A stretch of 64,000 nt of DNA, taken from IMG/VR virus record IMGVR_UViG_3300023184_000024, positions 1 through 64,000 of that record; one strand, given 5' to 3'. This document shows positions 8,326-17,732 of the stretch, in pieces (position 1 is the first letter of the stretch; each line of letters starts with the position of its first letter). Both the position numbers and the translations under genes were made by a program. The notes beneath the pieces are model-generated. The model was not told the DNA's origin and searched no databases. It was given only the letters and a program-made list of their open reading frames with translations.

Positions 8326-8796
8326 ATGCTTAAAAAACTCATGCAATATTTTGGACGACACCGGGTGATCATGGATCGTGTGTCATCGGAACCTTATCTT
8401 GAGAGATACTATTTGTTCCTCAAAGATAGAAAACGGTTTCCGTTTAATGTGTTCCTGCACAAGTTCCTTAAAAGTGATCCTGACGATGTGCACGATCATC
8501 CATGGCCTTACGCTACAATTATTTTAAAAGGTGGTTATTATGAATGGGTGGCAAAATTTAACTCCTTGGGAGAAAAGATCGGTGAAGAAAGAATGTGGCG
8601 TGGTCCTGGCCATTTCCGTGTATGTAGTGCTACTTCTTATCATCGTATTGAACTTAAAGCAGGAACAGACTGCTGGACTTTGTTCATGCCAGGTCCACAA
8701 CGTAGAGAATGGGGTTTCTTAGTTGACAACAAATGGCTACACAATGAAGATTATCTTGCACAGCAAATTGCAAATAAATTAAAGGAAACAGCATAA
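8326..8796 (+). CDS. cupin-domain protein
   Basis: HDHPW...GGYYE...HRIEL...WTLF..GP..REWGF. Confidence 0.8.
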   Translation: MLKKLMQYFGRHRVIMDRVSSEPYLERYYLFLKDRKRFPFNVFLHKFLKSDPDDVHDHPWPYATIILKGGYYEWVAKFNSLGEKIGEERMWRGPGHFRVCSATSYHRIELKAGTDCWTLFMPGPQRREWGFLVDNKWLHNEDYLAQQIANKLKETA

Positions 8797-8972
8797 TGCA
8801 ACAGTTTACACTCACACGCAAGCAAGTTGAAGAAATTTATCGTATATTCAAAGATAATGGTGATGCATTGACCCAAGTTGAAATCTTGGTTGAAAGCACA
8901 AATGGCATTGGGCCCACGATGACTGTGGAATACTCGGCCACACTTGATATAACTGACACGGAGAATTGGTAA
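8796..8972 (+). CDS. small hypothetical protein (58 aa)
   Basis: MQQFTLTRKQ...NGIGPTM...DITDTENW; TAATG-coupled at both ends. Confidence 0.7.
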   Translation: MQQFTLTRKQVEEIYRIFKDNGDALTQVEILVESTNGIGPTMTVEYSATLDITDTENW

Positions 8973-9703
8973 TGAAAGTTTACATTGGCAACTATCGAGA
9001 TCACTGGATCTCCCCTTACACCATGTTGGACTACATGTTCTTCTGGACTGACTGGAGCAAGTGTGCTCGTTGGAAACTTCTGCAAACATTAGAAGACGAG
9101 GGCCGAGAAAAATCTGTGTACGTGGAACGTCCAGATTGGTGCGAACCGTGGAGTGATCGACTGGAACCTATCAGTAAAGCTATTCAGTGGGTGTTGGATC
9201 TTGTGCATCCTAAAATTAACTATGTGAAAATTGACTACTACGACACCTGGAGCATGGATCACACTTTAAGTCCCATCATTCTGCCCATGTTGCGACAACT
9301 CAAAGAAAAAAAGCACGGTTCTCCGCTGGTAGACGATGACGATGTGCCCGAAGGCCAGGGTCTGCGTAGCACCGAAGCAGGCCCCAAAGAAAACGAGTGG
9401 GACATAGATGAAAATCACTTTAAACGTTGGGACTGGGTCATGAACGAAATGATCTTTGCATTTGAGTGCAAGGTTGATGATTCATGGCAGGATGCCTACC
9501 GCGAAGGTGAAATTGACTGGATCAGTGTTCCGGTGGATGCTGCCGGCAATGAAGTCCCTAAAGGCGAACACAAATACTACCAAATGAAAGATGGACCTAA
9601 AAATACCTACAAGTGCGACTATGAAGGTATGAAAAAGGTTGAAGACCGTATTCAAAACGGCTTCCGCTTGTTTGGCAAATACTACCAGGGCTTGTGGGAT
9701 TGA
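8972..9703 (+). CDS. conserved phage hypothetical protein
   Basis: DTWSMDHTL...KHGSP...RWDWVMNEMIFAFE...GFRLFGKYYQGLWD. Confidence 0.8.
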   Translation: MKVYIGNYRDHWISPYTMLDYMFFWTDWSKCARWKLLQTLEDEGREKSVYVERPDWCEPWSDRLEPISKAIQWVLDLVHPKINYVKIDYYDTWSMDHTLSPIILPMLRQLKEKKHGSPLVDDDDVPEGQGLRSTEAGPKENEWDIDENHFKRWDWVMNEMIFAFECKVDDSWQDAYREGEIDWISVPVDAAGNEVPKGEHKYYQMKDGPKNTYKCDYEGMKKVEDRIQNGFRLFGKYYQGLWD

Positions 9704-9957
9704 TGATTAATTTTATTACTGCAAGTCCCATGGATTATACTGTGGGCATGTTAAACAAAAAACGTACCCCAAATTTTAGCCTTACATCGACGCAATATGC
9801 ACAGTGGAAAAAACGCTACACGTTTGATGGACTGCGAGGGGCAAAATACGGTCAGAGTTTTTGCCAACAATTTGACATTGTAGATAATATCTTACAATAT
9901 TGTTTACCCCCACTTGATGCTGATAGCTATATACAGGAACATTATATTGTCGAATGA
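9703..9957 (+). CDS. hypothetical protein
   Basis: Coupled ORF; YGQSFC motif. Confidence 0.65.
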   Translation: MINFITASPMDYTVGMLNKKRTPNFSLTSTQYAQWKKRYTFDGLRGAKYGQSFCQQFDIVDNILQYCLPPLDADSYIQEHYIVE

Positions 9958-10208
9958 CCGTTGCCCATCCTGTACATGAAGCCCGCCCCACTGCTTCCTT
10001 GCGGAGCAAAGAAAGTTTTCCTTTTGTACAGGAAATAATAAAACCATACGGTGAGTTGGATTCAATTATTGCCTGGTGTAAATCTGAATGCAGAGACATC
10101 TGGCGCTGGCAATTGTTGGATATAAGTTCGGATACATGTCCCGGAAAGTATCGTTTTTACTTTGATTCGGACCTAGATTGTTCGGCATTCATTATAAAAT
10201 GGTGCTAA
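9954..10208 (+). CDS. small protein of the F-x4-D-x3-F-x-L-x-W family
   Basis: WCK...YRFYFDSDLDCSAFIIKWC. Confidence 0.7.
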   Translation: MTVAHPVHEARPTASLRSKESFPFVQEIIKPYGELDSIIAWCKSECRDIWRWQLLDISSDTCPGKYRFYFDSDLDCSAFIIKWC

Positions 10209-10226
10209 AACCCACAGTTATTGTGG

Positions 10227-10255
10227 TTGACCAGTAATTCCCTTTATTGTATACT
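10227..10255 (+). promoter_or_regulatory. early promoter
   Basis: TTGACC-17-TATACT. Confidence 0.8.
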
Positions 10256-10304
10256 TGTATTTGTGTAGTTAATACACATCACAATTTAACTTTTGGAGTA
10301 CTTT

Positions 10305-11378
10305 ATGACTAAGCGACTATCGCGCCTATTGTCTGAGGTTGCCGCAGAAGTCCTGACAGAGCTCAAGGACAAGCACAATTTCACCGACAAAGAACTAGAC
10401 CGTATCAAAGCCCGTATCAAATCTACCGGGTACGGATTTCCCATTGGACTAGCACTGATGGACATCACTGACATTTGGATCGACTATGAAGTTCAGCGTG
10501 ACGTCATTGTCAAGCATGTGCTCAACATCATTCGAAAATTTGATCCAAGGATTGTTGGTGCGGCCAGTTGTGTGAGACTTCCTAAAAGCAAGTTTCCCAA
10601 CAGATACTATGCATATGATGGACAGCACCGAAGCCTGGCAATGTGGATTTTAGGCTACACTCATATCCCTGCCTGCTATGTTGAAACAGACAATGAACGT
10701 TTTGCCAGTGAAGCATTTGAGATTCTCAACGACTCTGGTATCAAGAAAATCGGCAAGCCGGACCTACATCGTATTCGCTTGAATCTTGTGGACAAGGGCA
10801 GTGAAGACAAAGCCAATTTACAGGCTAGAACTTTGCAGGATCAGTTTGACATCACAGATGTGGACTTGCAAGAATCTGCACATAGGGAGAACCCAAAGAA
10901 GTGCGGCCCTAATCAACACTGGTTCAGTCACTTTGACTATGCTTACAAAGGCATCAAACAAGATGCCAGCGGTGAAGTGATCAAAGACATTCTCACAGCA
11001 ATTAAAACTGTGTTTCCAGAGCAAGATGAAATTGACCAAGGTGTTTACATTGGACTGTTGCAGTTGGCAAACCTCAACAAAGAGCTGGTACTCAAACAGC
11101 CTGCCAATTGGATGATACAGATCTTGCGTGACGGTGTGGCCAAGTCGTTTACATCCAGCCACATGGCACATGATATGTCCAAGGCCCAGTGGAAACACGC
11201 CATTGGATCGTGGAGTGCCCCGGATGCCATGAGCAAGTTCCTGCGTGAGATGTACAAACTGCATGGCGGCAAATTGATTGTGCCCACACAAGGACGTGGC
11301 ATGGGTATCCTACCCGACGAAGACGGCAGAACATTCTTGTGTGATGCCATCAAGCCTGCATTGAAAGGACTAGTATGA
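10305..11378 (+). CDS. DGQHR/ParB-Srx-like domain protein
   Basis: YEVQR...YAYDGQHR...F..LN; GGAG RBS. Confidence 0.75.
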   Translation: MTKRLSRLLSEVAAEVLTELKDKHNFTDKELDRIKARIKSTGYGFPIGLALMDITDIWIDYEVQRDVIVKHVLNIIRKFDPRIVGAASCVRLPKSKFPNRYYAYDGQHRSLAMWILGYTHIPACYVETDNERFASEAFEILNDSGIKKIGKPDLHRIRLNLVDKGSEDKANLQARTLQDQFDITDVDLQESAHRENPKKCGPNQHWFSHFDYAYKGIKQDASGEVIKDILTAIKTVFPEQDEIDQGVYIGLLQLANLNKELVLKQPANWMIQILRDGVAKSFTSSHMAHDMSKAQWKHAIGSWSAPDAMSKFLREMYKLHGGKLIVPTQGRGMGILPDEDGRTFLCDAIKPALKGLV

Positions 11379-11926
11379 GCTTGCAAAAATTAGTGGAAAG
11401 TTTTGTCCCTGTTAACTACAGTCGTGTGCAACGTGGAGAAAAATCTTATCGAGAGTCTTTGGCTTTCACTGTAAGCGAACTTGAGCGACTGGTTCCTATG
11501 TACAAGGCTCAGACCACAGTGGACCAAACTGCTCGTCAGATTCGAGACAGCATGGATCATCAAATCCGTAGATACCATGACTATGCTATCAAAGGATCAA
11601 TCGGTGCTCACTATCGCGAGGTTGGAGTAGATCCTAAAAAATGTGTGTTTGAACATGTTATTCCGCTGGCCAAACTTAGAGATATGATGTTGCAAGGTAT
11701 CTTGACAGTGCCACAAGCATTGAACGCACCAACTTGTTTGATCAGTATACACAATGACGAGATACTGCGAGAAGAAGGGCATGTGAGTTCAAGTCCCGAC
11801 TACTGGCATTTTTTCGACAGGTATGCGGTGTTCGACGATACTCGCTTTACCACTTACACTGGTGAGGAGATCTCTGATCCACATGCATGGACCTTGGAAA
11901 AGCATTTTGAGTATTTCAACGCCTAG
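11375..11926 (+). CDS. putative His-Me/HNH-like nuclease
   Basis: VFEHVIP...NAPTCLISIHND; ATGA-coupled to the DGQHR gene. Confidence 0.5.
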   Translation: MSLQKLVESFVPVNYSRVQRGEKSYRESLAFTVSELERLVPMYKAQTTVDQTARQIRDSMDHQIRRYHDYAIKGSIGAHYREVGVDPKKCVFEHVIPLAKLRDMMLQGILTVPQALNAPTCLISIHNDEILREEGHVSSSPDYWHFFDRYAVFDDTRFTTYTGEEISDPHAWTLEKHFEYFNA

Positions 11927-12083
11927 GCGTTAGTTATCCAATTATATTGACCTCATTAACAGGGTTTATTATAATAAAAATTTGCCATACATAAATTTAC
12001 GTCTCTAAAAAGACCACAGCGGCTTTTGTATATTTTCGGGCCGTTGGTGTTGGAAAGCCAGCATTTAACCTAAAGGAACCAAA

Positions 12084-12650
12084 ATGAAAAAATATATGCA
12101 AAAGGCATTGCATCTTGCAATGTTTGCACTTATCGCCTTCACAGGCATTACCGTGGTGACATACACCACACAAACCAAGTTTGATAGATTGCGAGCAGAT
12201 TTACCTGGTGATGTTTCAACCATTGGTGACTTTAAGGCCGCACTACGAGACAAAGAACGCAGGATGCAGTGCATGACACAAAATGTGTACTGGGAAGCAG
12301 CCAGTGAACCAGCAGAAGGTAAAATTGCAGTGGCTCAGGTTGTAATGAATCGTGTGGCCAGTGGCAAGTACCCTGCAGACCCTTGCCAGGTAGTGCACCA
12401 AAAGAATGTGGTGTACGAAAGAGTACTGTGTCAGTTTAGTTGGTATTGTGAAAACACCAGCAAGACCAGACCAGTGCATAAAAAGCTCTGGGCCGAAAGC
12501 GAAGAAGCAGTAAAGATGGTCATGATTGATGGCTTTAGATTGCCCGAACTCAAAGACGCATTGTACTATCACGCCGACTATGTAAACCCACAGTGGAACA
12601 AAAAACGTGTGACAAAGATTGGCCGACATATTTTTTACAAGGATATCTAA
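12084..12650 (+). CDS. cell wall hydrolase (SleB/Hydrolase_2)
   Basis: NVYWEAASE...AVAQVVMNRV...CQFSW...YYHADYVNP.W...IGRHIFY. Confidence 0.9.
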   Translation: MKKYMQKALHLAMFALIAFTGITVVTYTTQTKFDRLRADLPGDVSTIGDFKAALRDKERRMQCMTQNVYWEAASEPAEGKIAVAQVVMNRVASGKYPADPCQVVHQKNVVYERVLCQFSWYCENTSKTRPVHKKLWAESEEAVKMVMIDGFRLPELKDALYYHADYVNPQWNKKRVTKIGRHIFYKDI

Positions 12651-12956
12651 ATGAAAAACTTTGACATTGAAAAAACAGTAACTTGGTTGCAAGAGTGGAT
12701 GGCTCCCGTTTCAGCAAAGACTCTGGGATGGTTGGCTGTGCTGTTGTTACACGCCGCAACTTTGCCCACGTTACTGGCCATCCTTACTGGTCTTAGCGAT
12801 CGCATGCCCAGTGTAGACATGGTGTTGTTGACCTGGGCTGGCTTGGTTGCTATGTTTGCGCAGGCCTGTGTGCAACGCAACTTTCTGAACATTGTGACCA
12901 TTGCTCTGGGCTTTATGATCCAAGCCAGTCTAATGGTGTTGATATTCTTTAAATAA
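12651..12956 (+). CDS. membrane protein
   Basis: Three hydrophobic helices. Confidence 0.75.
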   Translation: MKNFDIEKTVTWLQEWMAPVSAKTLGWLAVLLLHAATLPTLLAILTGLSDRMPSVDMVLLTWAGLVAMFAQACVQRNFLNIVTIALGFMIQASLMVLIFFK

Positions 12957-13005
12957 TTGCTTAAAAATTAGACAATGTTGTGTAAAAACAACACTTAAAT
13001 TTCGG

Positions 13006-13034
13006 TTGACTCAATATTCCTTTTTTGCTACAAT
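13006..13034 (+). promoter_or_regulatory. early promoter with upstream TGTTG-N8-CAACA palindrome (12976-12993)
   Basis: TTGACT-17-TACAAT; AAGGAG downstream. Confidence 0.8.
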
Positions 13035-13061
13035 AGAAGCATATTAAGAAACAAGGAGTCA

Positions 13062-13763
13062 TTGATGTATTCATATTACCGCCCCGGCTTCAGTGCAAAA
13101 CGCAAAGTGATCAATGGAATCAAATTCTCTCTGGACAATGTATGGGGTGCGGCAGTAGCGGCACAACGTGTTAACGGCGAGTACGTCAAAGAAGATAAGA
13201 TCAATATCAATGAAGATGGGTCTCATGAAACTCTCAAGAAGCGCAATCGTGACATCATGATGGACTTCCTGGCTGTACCCGGAACCATCACTGACGAAGA
13301 TCGTGCAACTGGTCGCGAATGCCGTAGATTCTTACAAAATGATCTTACCTTCCGAGCTCTCAAAGGTCAGCTGAGTGCATTTGATGCAAGTGTCAGCAAG
13401 GTAGTGGCTGTGGAAGAAGAATTTGACAGTGTGCAACATCGCCTAGAACTGGCTGTGGTTGCATGCCTGCCACAGAGCCATCAACGTGCAATAGTACGCC
13501 AGTCGATCCAGGATCGTGTTCGCAATGCCGGCGGCTATATTGGTAATGTCAGCGACAAAGTTGCATTGGACGCAGAAGTTGTGAGCGCCAATTGGAGCAA
13601 CATATACAACATTTTTTGGGTTACTGCAATTACTCAAGATAATCAAGCTTTGTTTTTCAGCTACAAATCCCAGCTGAACTCGGGCGTCCAAATCAAATTA
13701 GTTGGTACGGTGAAAGCTCACCGTGACAACAAAACTCAACTCAACCGTGTCAAGGTAATTTAA
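13062..13763 (+). CDS. hypothetical protein with C-terminal OB-fold-like region
   Basis: IG...KV.L..EV...GTVKAH....TQLNRVK. Confidence 0.7.
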   Translation: MMYSYYRPGFSAKRKVINGIKFSLDNVWGAAVAAQRVNGEYVKEDKININEDGSHETLKKRNRDIMMDFLAVPGTITDEDRATGRECRRFLQNDLTFRALKGQLSAFDASVSKVVAVEEEFDSVQHRLELAVVACLPQSHQRAIVRQSIQDRVRNAGGYIGNVSDKVALDAEVVSANWSNIYNIFWVTAITQDNQALFFSYKSQLNSGVQIKLVGTVKAHRDNKTQLNRVKVI

Positions 13764-14000
13764 ATGAATAAAAGACCCATTACATTAACAAATCTAACAC
13801 CACACCAAGTTGATCTATTAGATCAAATGTGGGCACTGGAAAGCATGGAAGAAGTTGAAGAATGGATGCTCACATTGAGTGCTCGAGATCGTGTGTTAAG
13901 CTCGACCCTGATGCAAATGGTTATGCAAGAGATGGTTGAGGAGTTGGCAGTCGAAGATCTAAGTTTGGCCAATGACTATCTAAAACGTTTTCAATTATGA
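13764..14000 (+). CDS. hypothetical protein
   Basis: Coupled ORF. Confidence 0.7.
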   Translation: MNKRPITLTNLTPHQVDLLDQMWALESMEEVEEWMLTLSARDRVLSSTLMQMVMQEMVEELAVEDLSLANDYLKRFQL

Positions 14001-14338
14001 ACTACAAAGAACATCAATTCTTGGTTATGTGGGACTGTAATGGTCTTGAGTATGTGGCCGATGTCACTGCTGATCAACAACGTGTGACTTGGGAAAAGCT
14101 TCAAGGCAAAGAAACACCAAGACATTCGTATGCAAACCCATATCATTTGAAGCTTAGGGCACAGTTTAATTCGCAACGTCACTACGAGATCTACACATTC
14201 AATGCTGTCGAAGGCATTGGTGAACAAGAAATCCGTGACATGTTTGAAAACGATCCGCAGATGGCCGCAGACACCATTCGTAGAATAGGACATTGTATTC
14301 ACAGCGACCGTGCCACGGAACAAGTCACAATTCGCTAA
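13997..14338 (+). CDS. hypothetical phage protein
   Basis: MWDCNGLE...LRAQFNSQRHYEIY. Confidence 0.75.
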   Translation: MNYKEHQFLVMWDCNGLEYVADVTADQQRVTWEKLQGKETPRHSYANPYHLKLRAQFNSQRHYEIYTFNAVEGIGEQEIRDMFENDPQMAADTIRRIGHCIHSDRATEQVTIR

Positions 14339-14377
14339 ATGAAGTTCAAACGTCAACAAGCAAAAGAAAGATTAGAT

Positions 14378-14797
14378 ATGGGACTTGACATGTATGCATA
14401 CGTGGCCGCCAAGGCAGGCCAACAACGAGAATACGACGGCGCCAGCTGGGACGACGTCGCTAAAGATATTGTAAACAACGCAGTTTCTAAACCTCGTGAG
14501 ATTGCTTACTGGCGTAAACATCCGAACCTGCATGGTTGGATGGAACAACTGTGGAATCGACGTAATGGAGGCAATCAAGACGGTGGCCCTTTCAATGGCG
14601 TTGAGTTGGAACTGACTTACGAAGACTTAGAGGCTCTTGAGTTAGATGTCATTGCTGGTACTCTACCCGAAACCACTGGATTCTTCTTTGGCAACGACTC
14701 TGATGCCCATTATCGTAACGACGACCTTGAGTTTATCAAGCTTGCCCGTGCAGAATTGTTCATGGGTTTGCATGTTTTCTACAACAGTAGTTGGTAA
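14378..14797 (+). CDS. conserved phage protein (MGLDMY/YWRK type)
   Basis: MGLDMY...YWRKHPNLHGWM...GFFFG...YNSSW. Confidence 0.8.
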   Translation: MGLDMYAYVAAKAGQQREYDGASWDDVAKDIVNNAVSKPREIAYWRKHPNLHGWMEQLWNRRNGGNQDGGPFNGVELELTYEDLEALELDVIAGTLPETTGFFFGNDSDAHYRNDDLEFIKLARAELFMGLHVFYNSSW

Positions 14798-14825
14798 GTG
14801 CTTACTAACATGTTTAAAATAACGG

Positions 14826-14965
14826 TTGACCAATTATTGCTTATTTGCTATAATATTGATATGAACTGTACAAACACCCCCGAATTTGAGTTGCCCAAAA
14901 CCAATGTTTTTGGTAATTCAAATATAGCAAAAGTGATTGACCAATTAATCATCTTTTGCTATACT
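14826..14965 (+). promoter_or_regulatory. tandem early promoters
   Basis: TTGACC(14826)-17-TATAAT(14849) and TTGACC(14937)-17-TATACT(14960). Confidence 0.8.
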
Positions 14966-15029
14966 AACGGTATGCTGAAAACACAGCATATTTTTAACTT
15001 TAACTTAGGCTCTTTGAAAGGCATCTATC

Positions 15030-15380
15030 ATGGCTCAAACTGAAAAACTTTTTACCGTTGCTGGCACCGCTACACAAAATGGCACTACCAAAGTGCGTTT
15101 TGCCAACGACATGGTTGCTCGTGTCAAAATTTTGACAAAGAACAACTGTGATAACATTAACCTTATTGAGCTTCCACGCCCAATGACCAAATTGGAAGCT
15201 TTGCAACATTTGCAAACTTTGGGCATCACTGATGGTGACGCAGGCTATGCTGTTGCCAACAAGTTGTCAGAAAAATCCAAGGTCGCTAAACGTGCTGAGG
15301 TAAAAGTAGCAGTAAAACCTGCCACAAGCAACAAAGCAAAAGCAAAAGCTACTGTAGGCTCTACGCTGTCAGAAGCTTAA
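15030..15380 (+). CDS. basic hypothetical protein with Lys/Ala-rich tail
   Basis: FTVAG...KVRFAND..RVKIL...LIELP.PMTK.EA. Confidence 0.8.
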   Translation: MAQTEKLFTVAGTATQNGTTKVRFANDMVARVKILTKNNCDNINLIELPRPMTKLEALQHLQTLGITDGDAGYAVANKLSEKSKVAKRAEVKVAVKPATSNKAKAKATVGSTLSEA

Positions 15381-15403
15381 TAACTCTTAAGCAATTTTGC
15401 TAC

Positions 15404-15430
15404 AAAGCGGCCATAGTGCCGCTTTTCTTT
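15404..15430 (+). terminator. intrinsic terminator
   Basis: AAAGCGGC-CATAGT-GCCGCTTTTCTTT. Confidence 0.85.
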
Positions 15431-15458
15431 TGACTTTGTCAATTGTCATAATTACTAG

Positions 15459-15713
15459 ATGTCAAATGAGGATATGTTAGAATTTGTAATCCGTGGAATC
15501 GTCATTGAGATCTGCGAGGTAATGTATAGGCATGGGCTCAACCCAGTGCCGTTGGCTCCTATAATGCGTTTGTTAGAAGTGCCAGAAGAGCAGGCTAAAA
15601 AATACGATGGTATGGTGTTTGAATTAGACGACGAGTTCATTGAGTTGGCCAAAAAACATCGGAATATTCAAAACAGTCTTCTGAGCATGCCGTCAGACGC
15701 TACAATACATTGA
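15459..15713 (+). CDS. hypothetical protein
   Basis: ORF ending ...TIH. Confidence 0.7.
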   Translation: MSNEDMLEFVIRGIVIEICEVMYRHGLNPVPLAPIMRLLEVPEEQAKKYDGMVFELDDEFIELAKKHRNIQNSLLSMPSDATIH

Positions 15714-15952
15714 TGTCTATAACCAGTTACCGGGCCAATGAGCCGCTGTATCTTGTGATCATAAGACACAACAATGCCGAAAAGTTACTAAAGGAATGGG
15801 CACAATCGACCAGGACTGATGTATCAATTGACAACAACCGAATGAGATTATTTGAGGACAAGGCATTAAATTTATTCCAAGTCACTTGGTCACACAGTTG
15901 GGACATGGTTACTATCTGGGATTACTGGAATAAGCGACACATTTATTTTTAG
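15710..15952 (+). CDS. hypothetical protein
   Basis: Coupled ORF. Confidence 0.65.
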   Translation: MMSITSYRANEPLYLVIIRHNNAEKLLKEWAQSTRTDVSIDNNRMRLFEDKALNLFQVTWSHSWDMVTIWDYWNKRHIYF

Positions 15953-16036
15953 CTAGAGTGCCAAAATCACCAGAAAAGTGTTGACTTATTGACATCAATG
16001 TCATAAAATACTTGTACTGATCACAAAGGAGAACAC

Positions 16037-16228
16037 ATGTCAGCAAATCACGACGCAATCAAAACCGCATACGAAACTTATGTTTTGGAAAATGAGAAGT
16101 TCACAGGCAAAGGTGTCAAAGCTGCCGCCGCCCGTGCCAGAAAAGCCTTGCAGGAAATGAGCAAAGCAATCAAAGAACGCCGAAAAGAAATCACCGCAGA
16201 AAAAGAAGCGTTAACAGTGGCCAAGTAA
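16037..16228 (+). CDS. histone H1-like (Hc1 family) small basic protein
   Basis: KF..KGVKAAAARARKALQEM....KERRKEI; promoter TTGACT(15981)-17-TAAAAT; AAGGAG. Confidence 0.75.
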   Translation: MSANHDAIKTAYETYVLENEKFTGKGVKAAAARARKALQEMSKAIKERRKEITAEKEALTVAK

Positions 16229-16233
16229 CCAAT

Positions 16234-17352
16234 ATGAAAATTTTAATGACTGGTGCCAGTGGCTTTATTGGGAGCCATCTGTTTCCGATACTATCAACTA
16301 GTCATGACGTACATGCACTAACTAGTGACTTGTTGAATTTTTCTGAAGTTCGACAAGAAGTAGAAAGTTGTAATCCAGATTTAGTTATACATTTGGCAGC
16401 AAGAACAGAAGTGGAACGTAGTTTTTACGAACCAATGACGTTCAGTCAAATTAACTATGATGGTAGTATCAATCTCATTGAAACATGTAAAAAGTTACCT
16501 AACCTACGTAACTTTTTATTTGCAAGTACCATGGAAGTATATGGATGGCAGCCTATCAGCGACGAGGTACAACACACCGGAAGTTTTGTACAGTCTGTGG
16601 CATTCGATGAACATACCGCACCTAATCCCAATGCACCTTATGCAGTGGCCAAATTTGGGGTGGAAAAGTATCTTGAATACATGCACCGAAGCCAAGGGTT
16701 TCCTTTTACATCACTGAGACAAACCAATGCATACGGTCGAAAAGACAATGACTTTTTTGTAACAGAGCAAATAATTACTCAAATGTTGAAAAATCCATCC
16801 GATGTGTATTTGGGTTACGAAAAACCTTTTCGTAACTTTATCTATGTTGACGACCTTATATCCGCTTGGGTAAGTTTGGTTGAGCACACAGATTCAGTCA
16901 ACCAAGGAATGATTTTTACTGTTGGCCCGGATAACCCAATTCAAATAGGTGCCTGGGCTGATATTATTGCAAAAAAACTCAACTGGCACGGGCAGATACA
17001 TTGGAACTCCAAGCCCACTCGCCCTGGTGAAATATATTGGCTGAACAGTGGGAACACACTGATCCATCAAGTCACCGGGTGGCATCCATTGGTAGAGTAC
17101 GATCAAGGTTTAGATAATACCATTGATATATGGAAAAAAAAACTTGCAAGTTATACAATGACTGATACAAAATTTACTAGAACCATTGTGGAAGATCCGG
17201 ATAGTCCGGGGGAACTCATGTTGGATCTCGGAGATGAAGTATGTGATCATCTGGGATGGCAACCAGGTGATGTCGTAGAATGGATTGACAACAAGGATGG
17301 TTCATGGACTTTACGCAAATCAATCTTGCCCTCAACAACAACGATACTATGA
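16234..17352 (+). CDS. NAD-dependent epimerase/dehydratase, in frame with a C-terminal AbrB/SpoVT-like domain (from ATG 17158)
   Basis: TGASGFIG, HLAA, STMEVYG, YAVAK; tail LGWQPGDVVEW. Confidence 0.85.
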   Translation: MKILMTGASGFIGSHLFPILSTSHDVHALTSDLLNFSEVRQEVESCNPDLVIHLAARTEVERSFYEPMTFSQINYDGSINLIETCKKLPNLRNFLFASTMEVYGWQPISDEVQHTGSFVQSVAFDEHTAPNPNAPYAVAKFGVEKYLEYMHRSQGFPFTSLRQTNAYGRKDNDFFVTEQIITQMLKNPSDVYLGYEKPFRNFIYVDDLISAWVSLVEHTDSVNQGMIFTVGPDNPIQIGAWADIIAKKLNWHGQIHWNSKPTRPGEIYWLNSGNTLIHQVTGWHPLVEYDQGLDNTIDIWKKKLASYTMTDTKFTRTIVEDPDSPGELMLDLGDEVCDHLGWQPGDVVEWIDNKDGSWTLRKSILPSTTTIL

Positions 17353-17732
17353 TGGGCCCGCACACTATTGACACGATTGATTCTATCACTCTTGATTCTA
17401 TCAATGTCAATTCTCACACTTATACTACTATAGCTGGTGGAAACATCGGACCGGGATCAGTTCTTACCACCAACGGTTGGTCGCCTAACCCTACATTGAC
17501 GGTGAGCCAAAGTGGCACCATACAGCTCGAAGGCAAAAATGCAGACATCAAAGTAAACGGCGAAAGCATGATGGAAACCCTGCGAGGAATACAGAATCGG
17601 CTTAACATGCTTCGTCCAAACACAGAGTTAGAAGCCGAATGGGACCAGTTACGAGAACTTGGAGAACAGTACAGAAAACTCGAAGCCGAGTTTGAAGAAA
17701 AAAGCAAGATGTGGAACACATTAAAAAAATGA
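17304..17732 (+). CDS. hypothetical protein with coiled-coil C-terminus
   Basis: ADIKVNG.S...L.PN.ELE..W..L. Confidence 0.7.
   Translation: MDFTQINLALNNNDTMMGPHTIDTIDSITLDSINVNSHTYTTIAGGNIGPGSVLTTNGWSPNPTLTVSQSGTIQLEGKNADIKVNGESMMETLRGIQNRLNMLRPNTELEAEWDQLRELGEQYRKLEAEFEEKSKMWNTLKK

Noticed and set aside
14798-15043. 81-aa ORF
   Set aside because: It is a translation of two tandem promoters, with no RBS
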